A DNA stretch of 64,000 bases, taken from Balanoglossus misakiensis (lineage: Eukaryota; Animalia; Hemichordata). The stretch's first letter is position 1; every line of letters begins with the position of its first letter. Shown here in pieces: positions 52,696 through 63,409 of the stretch. A program made the position numbers and the translations under genes. The notes below the pieces were generated by a model, which was not told the origin of the DNA, searched no databases, and saw only the letters and a list, made by a program, of their open reading frames with translations. The stretch covers positions 5,231,015-5,295,014 of the forward strand of contig CM082592.2 in the NCBI GenBank assembly GCA_040954595.2, read 5' to 3'.

Positions 52696-54984
52696 TGCAT
52701 CAGCCCGAGGGAGGAAGCGTTGTTCGCACCAGTGCCATGATTAGTTGAACATTTCTTGACAAAAATCATGGAATCAGGTTTTTTTTTGTCTTTCTTCCCC
52801 TTGATTTCATTACAGCAGACATCCAAATATCATATTTGGAATATCAGAGAAAGCAAGGGCTAGAATGACTGGGGTAAAAACTGCAAATTTTGTAGTCTGT
52901 CTGTGTCATACCAAAAAAAAAAAAAACCTGGAAAATACTGCTTTTTGACTTTGAATACATGTGGCACATTATTTTTGCCAAAATAGTTCCACCATTCAGA
53001 AACAGTGAAATTTCACGTTTTTATTTTGCCATCTAGTTTTGATAGATTTCTGCACAGAATATACCGGCAAAGAAACTGCCAAATCCTTATAAAATATATC
53101 ATTCTAACCATTTCAAAGATGAAAACAAATTTTATCAAAAGTGTATTTGTTGTATTTTTGGAATTCTTCAGCTGTCTGTTAAAACTGATATTTTAGAAAG
53201 AAATCGCTAAATTTTAAATGTAGTTTTACCCTTGTTTCTCAAGTGTACACACAGAATTAAAGGCTGGCAACAATCATGTAATGACATTTCACAACGAAAC
53301 TCAGATAATAGTGAACTGTGAAGGCGGAGTCATGAAAAACCTTGCATACTTATTCCTCAGTTTTTGCTTCAAAACAATTTTGAAATCCTGAGTGTTTATT
53401 TTCTAGCCATGTAAATAGAAAAAAAAAACTTTATAGAGTGACTTTTTTGTGTTGTTTTTCTACTTTCTGGAAAATTTGACCCCAAATTACATACATGTAC
53501 AAGGGTAGTTGCAGTGTGTGAAAAATCACATACTCCGGGTAGCTAGACATACTAGAAGAATTGCTTTTGGGTTTTGCTTCCTTCTTCAAAATGTCAATGT
53601 TTTCATTTGCTTGTTGACTTTTTATCTTCTAACTAGAGCTTTGACAATATAGGATGTCAGTGTGCATTTGAAATTTATTAGCGTGAATTTATGTGTATCG
53701 GATAATGCCATTTTTGTTACCTGAAATGTGGCTTTAACCCCACAAGCGACCGACAAAAATCACCTTGACACCCTATGTTGAAAGAGTTTTCAATGTGGGA
53801 CTCCTTAGGTGATGTGACAAAAACATTGGCTACCTTAAGATGATTAAGATTTTTAACATGACATCTACTGCATAATTGGTGACAAAATAACTACCTAAAA
53901 TGACAAGGCGGTTGAAAATTATGGTAGAAAATAGTTGCATGACATCTTCTGATATGAAAGGCAGTACACAAGATTGTAAATATGCCCTTTACAGCAAATA
54001 TAATGTGTATCGATATATCTGTCGATGTACATGTACGTAGTATCAAGCCGTAGATGTCGACTTTTTAACTTTATTACAATGCAATGTCAAGCTCTGACAC
54101 CCCCTCCCCCACCCACCCCTATAGCAGCAGGATCTATGCTATTTCAGGTATAAACACAGATGAGAAATTTTCATTTGCACATCTCAGCGTCAGTCTCCTG
54201 GGGGAAATAAATTCCAAAAGCTGGAAAATTCAGTGTACGGATCTATAGCTCATATTCTTCATAGTTTTTGCAATGCAGTCTTTGTATTTTTGCGACACTT
54301 CTGTAGGTAAAAAGTACTTTTCCATGATGAAACTGTGATCTTAACTGTGATGTAATTTTTTTTAAACAAGAAAAGAATGTTACAAAACATCCCACCAAAA
54401 GGATTGCATATTTGAAGCTGCAAATCAGTGATTTTAAGAATGGTACTGCTATATGTGATTAATCAGTCAAAATGTTTTGATGATGATGATGATGTGCCAA
54501 AGTATTGCCAGCACGTGTCTGTTCCATTACTGCCTCAGTATTCAACTCATATACAAAACATAATTACTTGTACGCAGTTGTGTTTATCGGATATTTTTTT
54601 CAGTACTAGACTATATGTGCAAATGTAAGATTTTTGATGTATCCCAACAGTTTTGTGAAGAAAATCTCAAACAGCGAAACAAAATAGAACCATACAACAG
54701 TATTCTAACATTATTGAATCATCAAATTTAAATTTTGTAATTTTTTTCCCAAACTATGAATTTTCAGAGAAACTTTGCCACAATTCCAAGTATCAGTCTA
54801 ATCATGTGATTTTGAGATACTCTCAGGAAGAAATGAAAAAGAAAATATTTTTAATGATCTTAATATTGCTGTAATATATTCAAATCATTGTCATAGGAGA
54901 AGTGTTATTTGTAGTTTTGTGTATTTTTTTTTTTAATTGTGAGATTTTATCAAAATATGTGGTTCAGTGATAGTGTAACAATAC

Positions 54985-55170
54985 TACCGTTAAAGTCACT
55001 TTATAAGTCGCAGCGGTATTATAAGTCGCACCCCTTCTTTGAAAGACTTGTTTGGGAGGAGATTTTAAGGAAATGAATACAACAGAACATTGGTATTATA
55101 AGTCGCACCCCCTTTTCGGCACACACTGTCACTCAAAAAAGGTGCGTCTTATAAAATGACTTTAACGGTA
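54985..55170. mobile_element. Tc1/mariner (pogo-like) MITE
   Basis: 28-bp terminal inverted repeats TACCGTTAAAGTCACTTTATAAGTCGCA / TGCGTCTTATAAAATGACTTTAACGGTA (2 mismatches), TA at both ends, internal repeats of TATAAGTCGCA. Confidence 0.85.
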
Positions 55171-56433
55171 AGTGTACAATGCGTGAAGCTCACCTCATTT
55201 GCCTAGAGTATGTCTTTGTTCATCGGATATACTGCAAAAGTTTTTTTTTAAACTCACAGAATTTGCCGCCAAAACATTTTTTTGGAAGTTAAGAGAACAT
55301 TTATCGTAATGTGAACAAGAAAAAAAAAAACAGTACTCGAGTTGATTTTAAATGTGAATATTTCCTCCAATGGGAATCACTGTAACTTTTACCATGGCTA
55401 CTTTATAAAAGTGTATGTTACTATTTATAAAATATCAGTGTCACGCACAACATTTTGTTGTCGAAAATGTTGTTGATGTCTCACCGATCTCTTGAAGGAC
55501 CGAATGCAATCACCAAAAATTTTCCAATCAATAATTTCTTTAGGATTATATTTATTGATGTTTTTATGTGGACAGTCTGTAATAAATGTCATGATATACA
55601 AGTGCCGCTTGGTGTCATCTTCAGTTTTGTTAATATATGCGTGATGTCATGATGCAGATGAGTGACAGGCGCGACAGCCACGGCAACCAATCTGGTGAAG
55701 GAAGTGCTCGCCGCTGATTGGTCAAGTTGAGATATCAGCCAGGGGTCGGGGGGATCACATGATGTGCTGTCCAGTGACAGTGCAAGCCCCATTAGTCAAA
55801 GCATCTGCCGTTGATGATTAACCCAATCGAACTCATGGTCATCATGGGGTGGTCGCATCACCGTCCATTTGTAAACAGAAATTATCTGTGAATCGACGTC
55901 ATCTGCCTTCTGTAGTTATTTACCACTACACAGTCCAGTCACTTTCCTCTCTCTCCCTTTCCCACGGCACACATTATTTTCGTATACTATTCTGTACAAT
56001 CGCCAATATTTCTTTTTCAAATCGGCAGCGGTTATCTTCAAAAGCACGAGCGCATGTCTTGTCTGTTTTATGTCGCTTCCCCAGTCCCACCACTGAGGGC
56101 GCTCTTGCTAAAACTTTGCCAGAAGAATACCGCATGGGCTGCAAAATCACACAGTTGTTCAGTCACTGTGGGTCACGATAACACTGCTTCCACGGGCAAG
56201 ATGCTGTGGATTAACTCTCCTTAAGAACAACAGGAAGAGGGGAATACACCTTGCACATCAGGTGGCTTTTTCTTCACATTTAAGTTTAGCAGACATCCCA
56301 AAATAGCCACACGCTGTTACAGCAAGGTTACAAAATAGCGTTGCAAATTCCCGATCAATTTTTCCCCCTCTCCCAAACGAACCTTACCACACGATTCTGC
56401 TTGCAATTGCTTCATGCTCTCAACAGTTGCTTG

Positions 56434-58376
56434 TCAGTCCGCCACAAGACCATTTTCGGACTTTGCCGTCTCGGTTCCTCCTCTGTGTTTTTTCTTTTTC
56501 TTCTTTTTCCGTTTTAACGACAAAACACTGTCGTTTGCAAGTGTTACACTGTCAACTTGTTCACACTGTCCCTTCGCCTTTTTGCTTTCATCAAATAAAC
56601 TCTCCCTCTTTCCCATTTCAACGACGTCATCCTGAGTGACTGCAGCCTCTTGTAACCTCTCATCCAACGAATCACTGTCAACGGAAAAACACAAAATTAC
56701 AACTTTGAATTCTTGTATAAATGATACCAATGCTCACTGAAGATAACATTGATACATTCTACTCTTCCACTCTAAAATTTCTGACTTTTTTTTTAATTAC
56801 CTGTCACTACTGCTTGTCACTTCCACTTGTTTTCTCAGTTTTCTCTTTCTTTGAAATTCTTCTTCCTTCTCCTCATCAAGGATAAAAGTGATTGTTGGAT
56901 CCGATGTTGACAATAACTTGAAGCCTACGTTGTAGTCACATATTCATCGAAAAATAAAAATATTTTGTCATGCACCAAATTTATCTTTAAAGTAGTGACC
57001 TTCATGAAGATACTCAGTAGCTGTAAAGTTCATTCATCATAACATGAATGTATTGTATATATGCATGCACCTCTTTAAATCAACTCTTTAATTTCACTCC
57101 TACAACTGGGCTGAAATAACAATTTCATTACACAGTATCTTTGGCGTGTTATTTCTATGTCGTCACAAATCTTACCTGGATGTTTGGTGCTTGGGTCTTC
57201 TTCACTTGGATTAAGTGTCCTTGAGTTTGCACTTCCAACATCTATTGAACTGTACAAGCATAATGAACAGAAATTTAGCTACAATATATTTCTTGCAAGT
57301 AAACTAGTTATTAAAATGTTTCATACCTATCAAGCATTGTTTCCAGTCTCTTAGCAACATGCTGTCTGAACTCTTTGGTTGCCTGGACACTTTTATAGTC
57401 GCCACGCTCATCCTCATCTTCATTCTGTCTCCTGCAATAGCAATGCACTTTTTGTTTTAGTATGCAAATGCTTGATCTCTGAACCATTTCTAATGTGATT
57501 GCATTGATACACCATCAGACTACAGTTAAATGATTGGGGATCTCAGGTAACACTGAGAACCTGGGTATAATAACAACAACAAAACAAGGCACTACTAGTG
57601 TGGAAATCAAAGAATTGCAAAATAAAAGTGCCCCTTTCTTTGGTCTTTGCACTGGTTAGTGGTTACTGAAAAATATGGTTTAATAATAACCTTAAACTTG
57701 GTTTGTTTTGATGAAATACTTTCTTTGTTTTCTTCGATTCTGAAAAAAAGGTAAAGTCAGTTTAGGGATAAATTTGTTTTTATTTTATTTTTACCAAACC
57801 TTTCCAGAGATCTTAGCAAAACAAAGAAACTGCGTTTAATAACATAAATACACACACTAGGTTGATAGTGTGTTCGCAGCCCTCACACCATCAATCTAGA
57901 AGCACCCACTACAATCATTGCAGCTATCAAAACGTATGTCTTGATGCAATGATGGTTCATCCATGGCCATACATTTATATATGCAAAGTCATTGAAATAC
58001 TACCGGTTCGCAACTACTACATAACAGAAAAGCCCGAGAGGAGGGTAACATACTAGCTGCAATGATTGTAGCGGGTGCTTCTAGGTTGATGCAATCATTG
58101 CAGCTAGTAACACGTGCTGTAATGACCCCCCCCCCCCCCCCATCATGCAAAACTAGCAGAAGACATTTGTACACACTTCCTCATTCATTCCGAATTTTTG
58201 CGCGTGGCCCGCTATTTCGTCACGGCATTCTTTCCATCCTAACATTTACAAAGTGGACACATTTTTAATTTACCCAAACCTTGTTGAAATAAACTTCGGT
58301 CGACGACAGCATCCTGTAAACGGGCTTTTTCCTCTTCGTCCGAACTCGATTCTGAGCTACTACTGCGGGCTGCCAT
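56434..58376 (-). CDS. C12orf43: Protein CUSTOS (C12orf43 homologue)
   Basis: Six phase-consistent exons largely missed by the ORF track: 58376-58274 (or 58280; MAARSSSSESSSDEEEKARLQDAV), 57739-57691 (KPSLR), 57431-57327 (QATKEFRQHVAKRLETMLD), 57249-57176, 56924-56801 (GFKLLSTS), 56674-56434 (DERLQEAAV...KRKKKKKKK). These match recalled CUSTOS motifs (PSLR, EFRAHVAKKL..LLD, GFRLF.TS, REAAVS, Lys-rich tail). Position tail-to-tail with HNF1 agrees. Confidence 0.88.
57889..58109. repeat. Nested inverted repeats in CUSTOS intron 1
   Basis: 57889-57926 is the reverse complement of 58054-58091 (36/38). 58051-58068 is the perfect reverse complement of 58092-58109. Confidence 0.85.
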
Positions 58377-58886
58377 CTTTATACCAAAGAGAGGTTGCTG
58401 TTACCTCGTTCGCCAAATTGTAGGTGTTGTTAATTTCAGTTTTGGGTCCAACGACAATAAACAATTGTTTTACATTTAACACAATTTAAGAACACGTTTT
58501 TCATTTGCATTTTGTATGCATACTTTCGAGTAACCAGTTTATTTGTATAATTTTTTGTTAGACTTATGAGAATATCGAACGAGACGATTTTCATCCGAGG
58601 GCGCTCCAACACTGATACATACAACTGAACTGCAACTGAACACACACAGCTGATAGCGTTCATTGTCACAGAGCTGTTGTCGTGTGTGGTGATGTAACAG
58701 CTGTTGACGGCAGTTTTTACCACAGCAGGGATTATTCAGTCTGCGAAATACTACGAAAGGTCACACTGAGCCGGGTAAGACCCTTTACACCAAACAAAGA
58801 GGACATCATCATCATCATCATCATCATCATCAGTGTTCATCACTCACCAGGACTTACATCGCAGAGCTCAGCTAACATCATCAGCG
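58377..58886. promoter_or_regulatory. Divergent promoter region between CUSTOS and SLC35E4-like
   Basis: 510 bp between head-to-head start codons, CpG-containing. A YY1-like AAGATGGC overlaps the CUSTOS ATG. Confidence 0.65.
58804..58832. repeat. (CAT)9 microsatellite about 55 nt upstream of the SLC35E4-like ATG
   Basis: Seen directly; probably lies in the 5' UTR. Confidence 0.92.
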
Positions 58887-60702
58887 ATGACTGAGTTAAG
58901 GATTTTTGGACACCTGTCAATTGTTGTGTGGCTGTTACTTAATATAGCAATGTCGAACATCAACAAATGGATATTTGTGCAATACGATTTCAACTACCCC
59001 ATCTTCTTGACAACGTTACACATGCTGACGTTATTCATCACCCAATCGTTCATCATCCGTTTCACTCCAGTGGGAGCCGGGTACGGAGAAGGGGACGATC
59101 GCCTGAAAATCCCCGCTCATCTTGCCAGGAAAGTGTCGATACTCAGCCTCGCGTTCTGCATCAGCATAGCGTGCGGCAACGTTGCCCTGAAATACCTTTA
59201 CGTGTCGTTTCTGAAGATGATCACAGCTACGACACCGGCAGTGACAGTGGCCATGTCTCGGATTTTGTTTGATTACAAGCACGACGTGTACGTGTATTAC
59301 TCAATGATCCCGCTTGTTGTAGGTGGACTCGTGTGTACCTTCGGAGAACTTAATTTCAGTTACATTGGATTTTCAGCAGCCGTGGTCTCTTTACTTTTGA
59401 GGAGTACAAAGAGTATACTTCAAGGTCGGTCTTTTAATTTTTTTGGTACATTTGTCTAATTTGCTTTTCATCACAGAGTATGGAAGCATAGAAAGAGCAA
59501 GTGGTCTGTTGCAGCATGGTTACTAGAAAAGAACTTTTCTAGTAACCATGGTTGCAGCAAGTGCTTGAGTTCCATTATTGCAGAAATCTGGAATATTTTC
59601 CAACATTGGGTCATTCCGGTAGTTCTAACATCTTTTTATTTTATCGCCATGTTACTTGAATAAAAAAAATGATGCAAGAGATTATTTCTGTTCCTATGAA
59701 CCTCTGGTCCTTGTTCTGTGAAAGAGATATCTCTCTCTTCAAATAATCAAAGTGATACAGTGGACCCTCGCTAAGTATTAAATTCTAACTCATGATTAAT
59801 TCATTTGTGACAGTGATGTCGACGCTATCCAGCTGTCCAGTTCACTGTTTATAGAAAAAAAAATGTTGATTGCCAAAAAAATAAACATATTATTATGCTG
59901 GGCAAGTATGAAATCGAGAGTTTACATATACAGTATATTGCACTCAGAAAGATGATGGAGTGATCTACCAGGAGGCATGGAACAGATGGGCACCAACATA
60001 TGCTCCAGTCAAGACAACTACTGTAAATTGCACATATCAATTGTAAGCTGTCATGATTGCTGTTTTTTGTTTGCATTTTAAAAGAGTTTTTGTTAAAACA
60101 GAAATTTAGAGAGCAATAGTACTAATACTGTAGTGTAAACACTTGTCCCAGATTTTGAACATGAAGTTAAGTGAAACTATAATCTAGACTGATTTCATCT
60201 GTGACATCATTATGGATAGTGTTTTGTTTCTGACAGTAGTATTCGTCTAATTTTAGCGTCTCTTGTTATTGCAGGTATTTTATTGAAGGAAGAGAGACTG
60301 GATTCGGTGCGTTTGCTCTACCACATGTCATTTCCCAGCATGCTCGTCCTGGCGGCGTGCTCCGTGGTCTTCGAGCACGACGCCTTTCTCGGCGGCCACC
60401 TCTTCGCCGACCGCGACTTGTGGTCCGCGATCGCGCTGAGCTGCGTCTTCTCTGTCGGCTACAACACCATGAATTTCCTGGTCACCTTTTTCACGTCGGC
60501 CGTCACGCTGCAGGTGCTGGGCAACGTGGGCATCGCTCTGAACGTGGTCGTCTCCGTGGCCATCTTCCGGAACCGGCTGTCGTTCCTGAGCGTGCTCGGT
60601 GGCGCCCTCACCATCGTCGGCGTCGGCATGTACGACCGGGCGCCGGACATCGCCAGGTTCATGAGGCACCGCGTCAGCAAGTCGTGGGGTCCGATCAAGT
60701 AG
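58887..60702 (+). CDS. SLC35E4: Solute carrier family 35 member E4-like (triose-phosphate/nucleotide-sugar transporter family)
   Basis: Two exons: 58887-59424 (NKWIF...FNYPIFLTTLHM...GNVALKYLYVSF...RSTKSILQ) and 60275-60702 (GILLKEERLDSVRLLY...TSAVTLQVLGN). Multi-pass hydrophobic TPT-family motifs. The E4 subfamily call rests on the EERLD.V.LLY motif and the two-exon layout. Confidence 0.85.
59508..59557. mobile_element. 36-bp fold-back insert with 7-bp target duplication (candidate P-element excision footprint)
   Basis: GTTGCAG + CATGGTTACTAGAAAAG-AA-CTTTTCTAGTAACCATG + GTTGCAG: perfect 17-bp arms and a perfect 7-bp direct repeat. Confidence 0.7.
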
Positions 60703-60800
60703 AGATTAACATGTAGCACGCTCTAAATTTGGTGCCGCTAACACTCTACTCTCCCATTTCCCTGCATAATGGTTCAGTCCAATTTTTTGCTCGCAAGAAC

Positions 60801-61001
60801 TACTGTAAAAAACTTTATTTTCGCGAGCATTAAATTTACGCTAAATACGCGAGAGCCAAAAGAACGCGAAAATAAAGACTCGAGTACATATTGTTGTGAA
60901 AGAACAATGTGTGAAAACGCGAAAATTAATACTCGCGTAACAGTGGCCTCTCTCGATATCGCGAAAATTTTGACTCGCGAAAAAAAAAATGTTTTACAGT
61001 A
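60801..61001. mobile_element. TA-flanked MITE (Tc1/mariner-type) about 100 bp downstream of the SLC35E4-like stop
   Basis: Termini TACTGTAAAA...TTTTACAGTA, subterminal TTTTCGCGAG / CTCGCGAAAA, internal CGCGAAAAT repeats. CpGs are retained, suggesting a young copy. Confidence 0.8.
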
Positions 61002-62606
61002 TGAGCCAGACAGCCATATTGGCACTTAGCACCCTCATTTGCATAAGTATTGTGCAAGTATTTTGTATGATAGAACGCCATATGTTTAGGCACAGGTCAG
61101 TTTTGTCACCACTCCAAACCAGCATACACAATATTGTGTTTCAATTGTATTTTCCTCTATTGCCACTACTTAGTCCAACACTGGGATATGACTCCATACG
61201 TTTTGGCAGAGTTCAGTTTTGTTGTCTGTGAAGAACAAAGCGTCTTAAAAAAAAAAAAAAAAATTCTGACCGGATAATTCTTTTCATGTACAATTTATTA
61301 AGCTTTAATTTCTGATAAAAGCATGTCTTGTAGAAGAACAATTTCGTAACCCCATTTTTTTATTCCTATTTATTGTAAAAACTGTTTATTTATTGAAGAA
61401 AAAAACGTGTCATTTATGTTAGGCGGTTTATAGACAGAGAGTATATATTTATTTGAGAAATTAAAAACTGCCAGTGCTCATTCCGAGATTGAATTGTGAC
61501 AAGCTGTAACATATGCTTTCTAGAGAAGAACATTTCCTGAAAGATCAACACCAGGGTTCTACCCAGCTTGATTTGAGTGCTGACAACTCATTAATATTCA
61601 TGTTCATTAAATTGTCACGTATTGACCGCTATATGTGAACTAAATGGAAAAATGAACTCCACAGTCAGTGTCATGAGTCCAAGCAATGTCTAATGACGAA
61701 CCAAAAATTCAAACAGCAAAGTACACAGAATTTCACAACATCTCAACATCAACTCAGTGCCAAGTAAATTTGTCTCAGGTTGGTATGAAAACTGATAGTC
61801 AAAAACTCACTTGGCTGGAGGATGTCAAAGGATTCTAAATTATACACACCAAAAATGACGGCTGCCACCAAAATCAGGAACCCCCAGGTGAACCAGACTA
61901 TGGTCCCAGGTGGTCCTCAAGACTCCCCAAGTTATTAAGAAAAACAAGCACTAAAATCACCACCAAGGACGAAAACTAGAAATACAATTACATACAACTA
62001 CACTGTAATACAGAAAATTGTCACAATTAATATTCATACTCATTTATATATTTACATCTATCATACCCATTCATCAATGTATCAAAATGAGACAATAGAC
62101 TGGAGTGAGCACAAAATAGTGCCTGCTGGCAGCCTTTGTTTGCTAGCTTTTTCACTTGGGTGGGTGTGGGCAGAACGCTGAGCAGGTATCGATCATCTCA
62201 TCCAGTTTTAAAAATCCAAATTAGTTCACAAAACAAGAACATCTTAATCTAACAAACCCCAGAAACTCTCACTATTGGCTATCTTTAAAGTATTTTTCTC
62301 ACATGTGTCAAGTCAAGTTGCTTTTCTACTCTGGAATCAATTCAAGTCTGTGACTTGAATTCAATTTTCAACAACGACAATGTTGATTACTACAAATAAG
62401 CTGTGTACAAAAACCAAATACTCAGTAACTCGTTATGTTTTGCAAAAGACAGTACTAAAAATTCCAAACTGAAGCTCCATTAACTGTAACTTTTTACTAT
62501 GTTTTTTTAGCATATTTGCTTTGTGTATCTACTGCAGTTTCTTCTAATTCCTGAAACATGATAAAATGTAAGCATTTAGCTTACCAACACAACATATATG
62601 TGTATT

Positions 62607-62632
62607 TGAATTCTAGTCCGGACTAGAATTCA
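62607..62632. repeat. Perfect 26-bp palindrome
   Basis: TGAATTCTAGTCC|GGACTAGAATTCA with no spacer. Confidence 0.92.
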
Positions 62633-62825
62633 TTTGTCAACAATAACAGTAGTCATTACACACATTCTGGTTATAATGACAAGCTTATAGTACTGGGTAA
62701 ACTAGCATGCTGTTTGGAGTAGAGCAATAAATTGCATTTGATATACAGAACAAACAAAAAAATACTTGGAATAAAAATTGAAATTAAATGAAAAACGTAT
62801 TGTCTGATTTGCCAACAAACTGGCA

Positions 62826-63409
62826 TAAAGTTTGTATAAAACCACATTCTTATACCGTATAGCCCAATCAAACTGTTATAAAATAAACACCATCAACCTT
62901 GGGAAGAGGAATCAGTCTCATAGACTAGCTACTAACTATTAAAAAGTAGTATGCACCTCAAAAAAGAAAGAATTAATATTTTTCTCATATTTTGGAAAAG
63001 GCAAGTTTTGATTATTCTTTCTCAACTAAAACATAGTCATATAATAGGAGTGCATGAATCTGCTCATAAATCGTATAATCCAAGCAAACTGTGAAAAACA
63101 AAAATGATAACATTGGAAAACACATGTTCTCTAGAAATCAAAACAATAATTATTCTCGTAAAATTTGAGTCAATGATAATTCTCCCTTATTTAATCATGG
63201 CAGCTGAACATATACCAGTACCGGGTATAGAACAGGTAAAATTATGTCTAATCTCCTACTGGATCATAATCAATAAAGTTTATGAAACCATATTTTAAAC
63301 CGTATGGCCCAAGCACATTTGATTAAAATAAAAATGTCAACTTTTGGGAAGAAAATCCATGTTCCTCAGAAATTACAATCTTCTCAGTCTTATAGACTAG
63401 CTACTAACT
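62826..63409. repeat. Diverged direct repeat pair (about 62826-62937 and 63274-63409)
   Basis: Shared collinear blocks AAAGTTT..AAACCA, ACCGTATRGCCCAA, TTGGGAAGA and CAGTCTYATAGACTAGCTACTAACT. Confidence 0.7.

Noticed and set aside
60328-60719. Alternative-frame and antisense ORFs over SLC35E4 exon 2
   Set aside because: Explained by high GC3 depleting stop codons in other frames.
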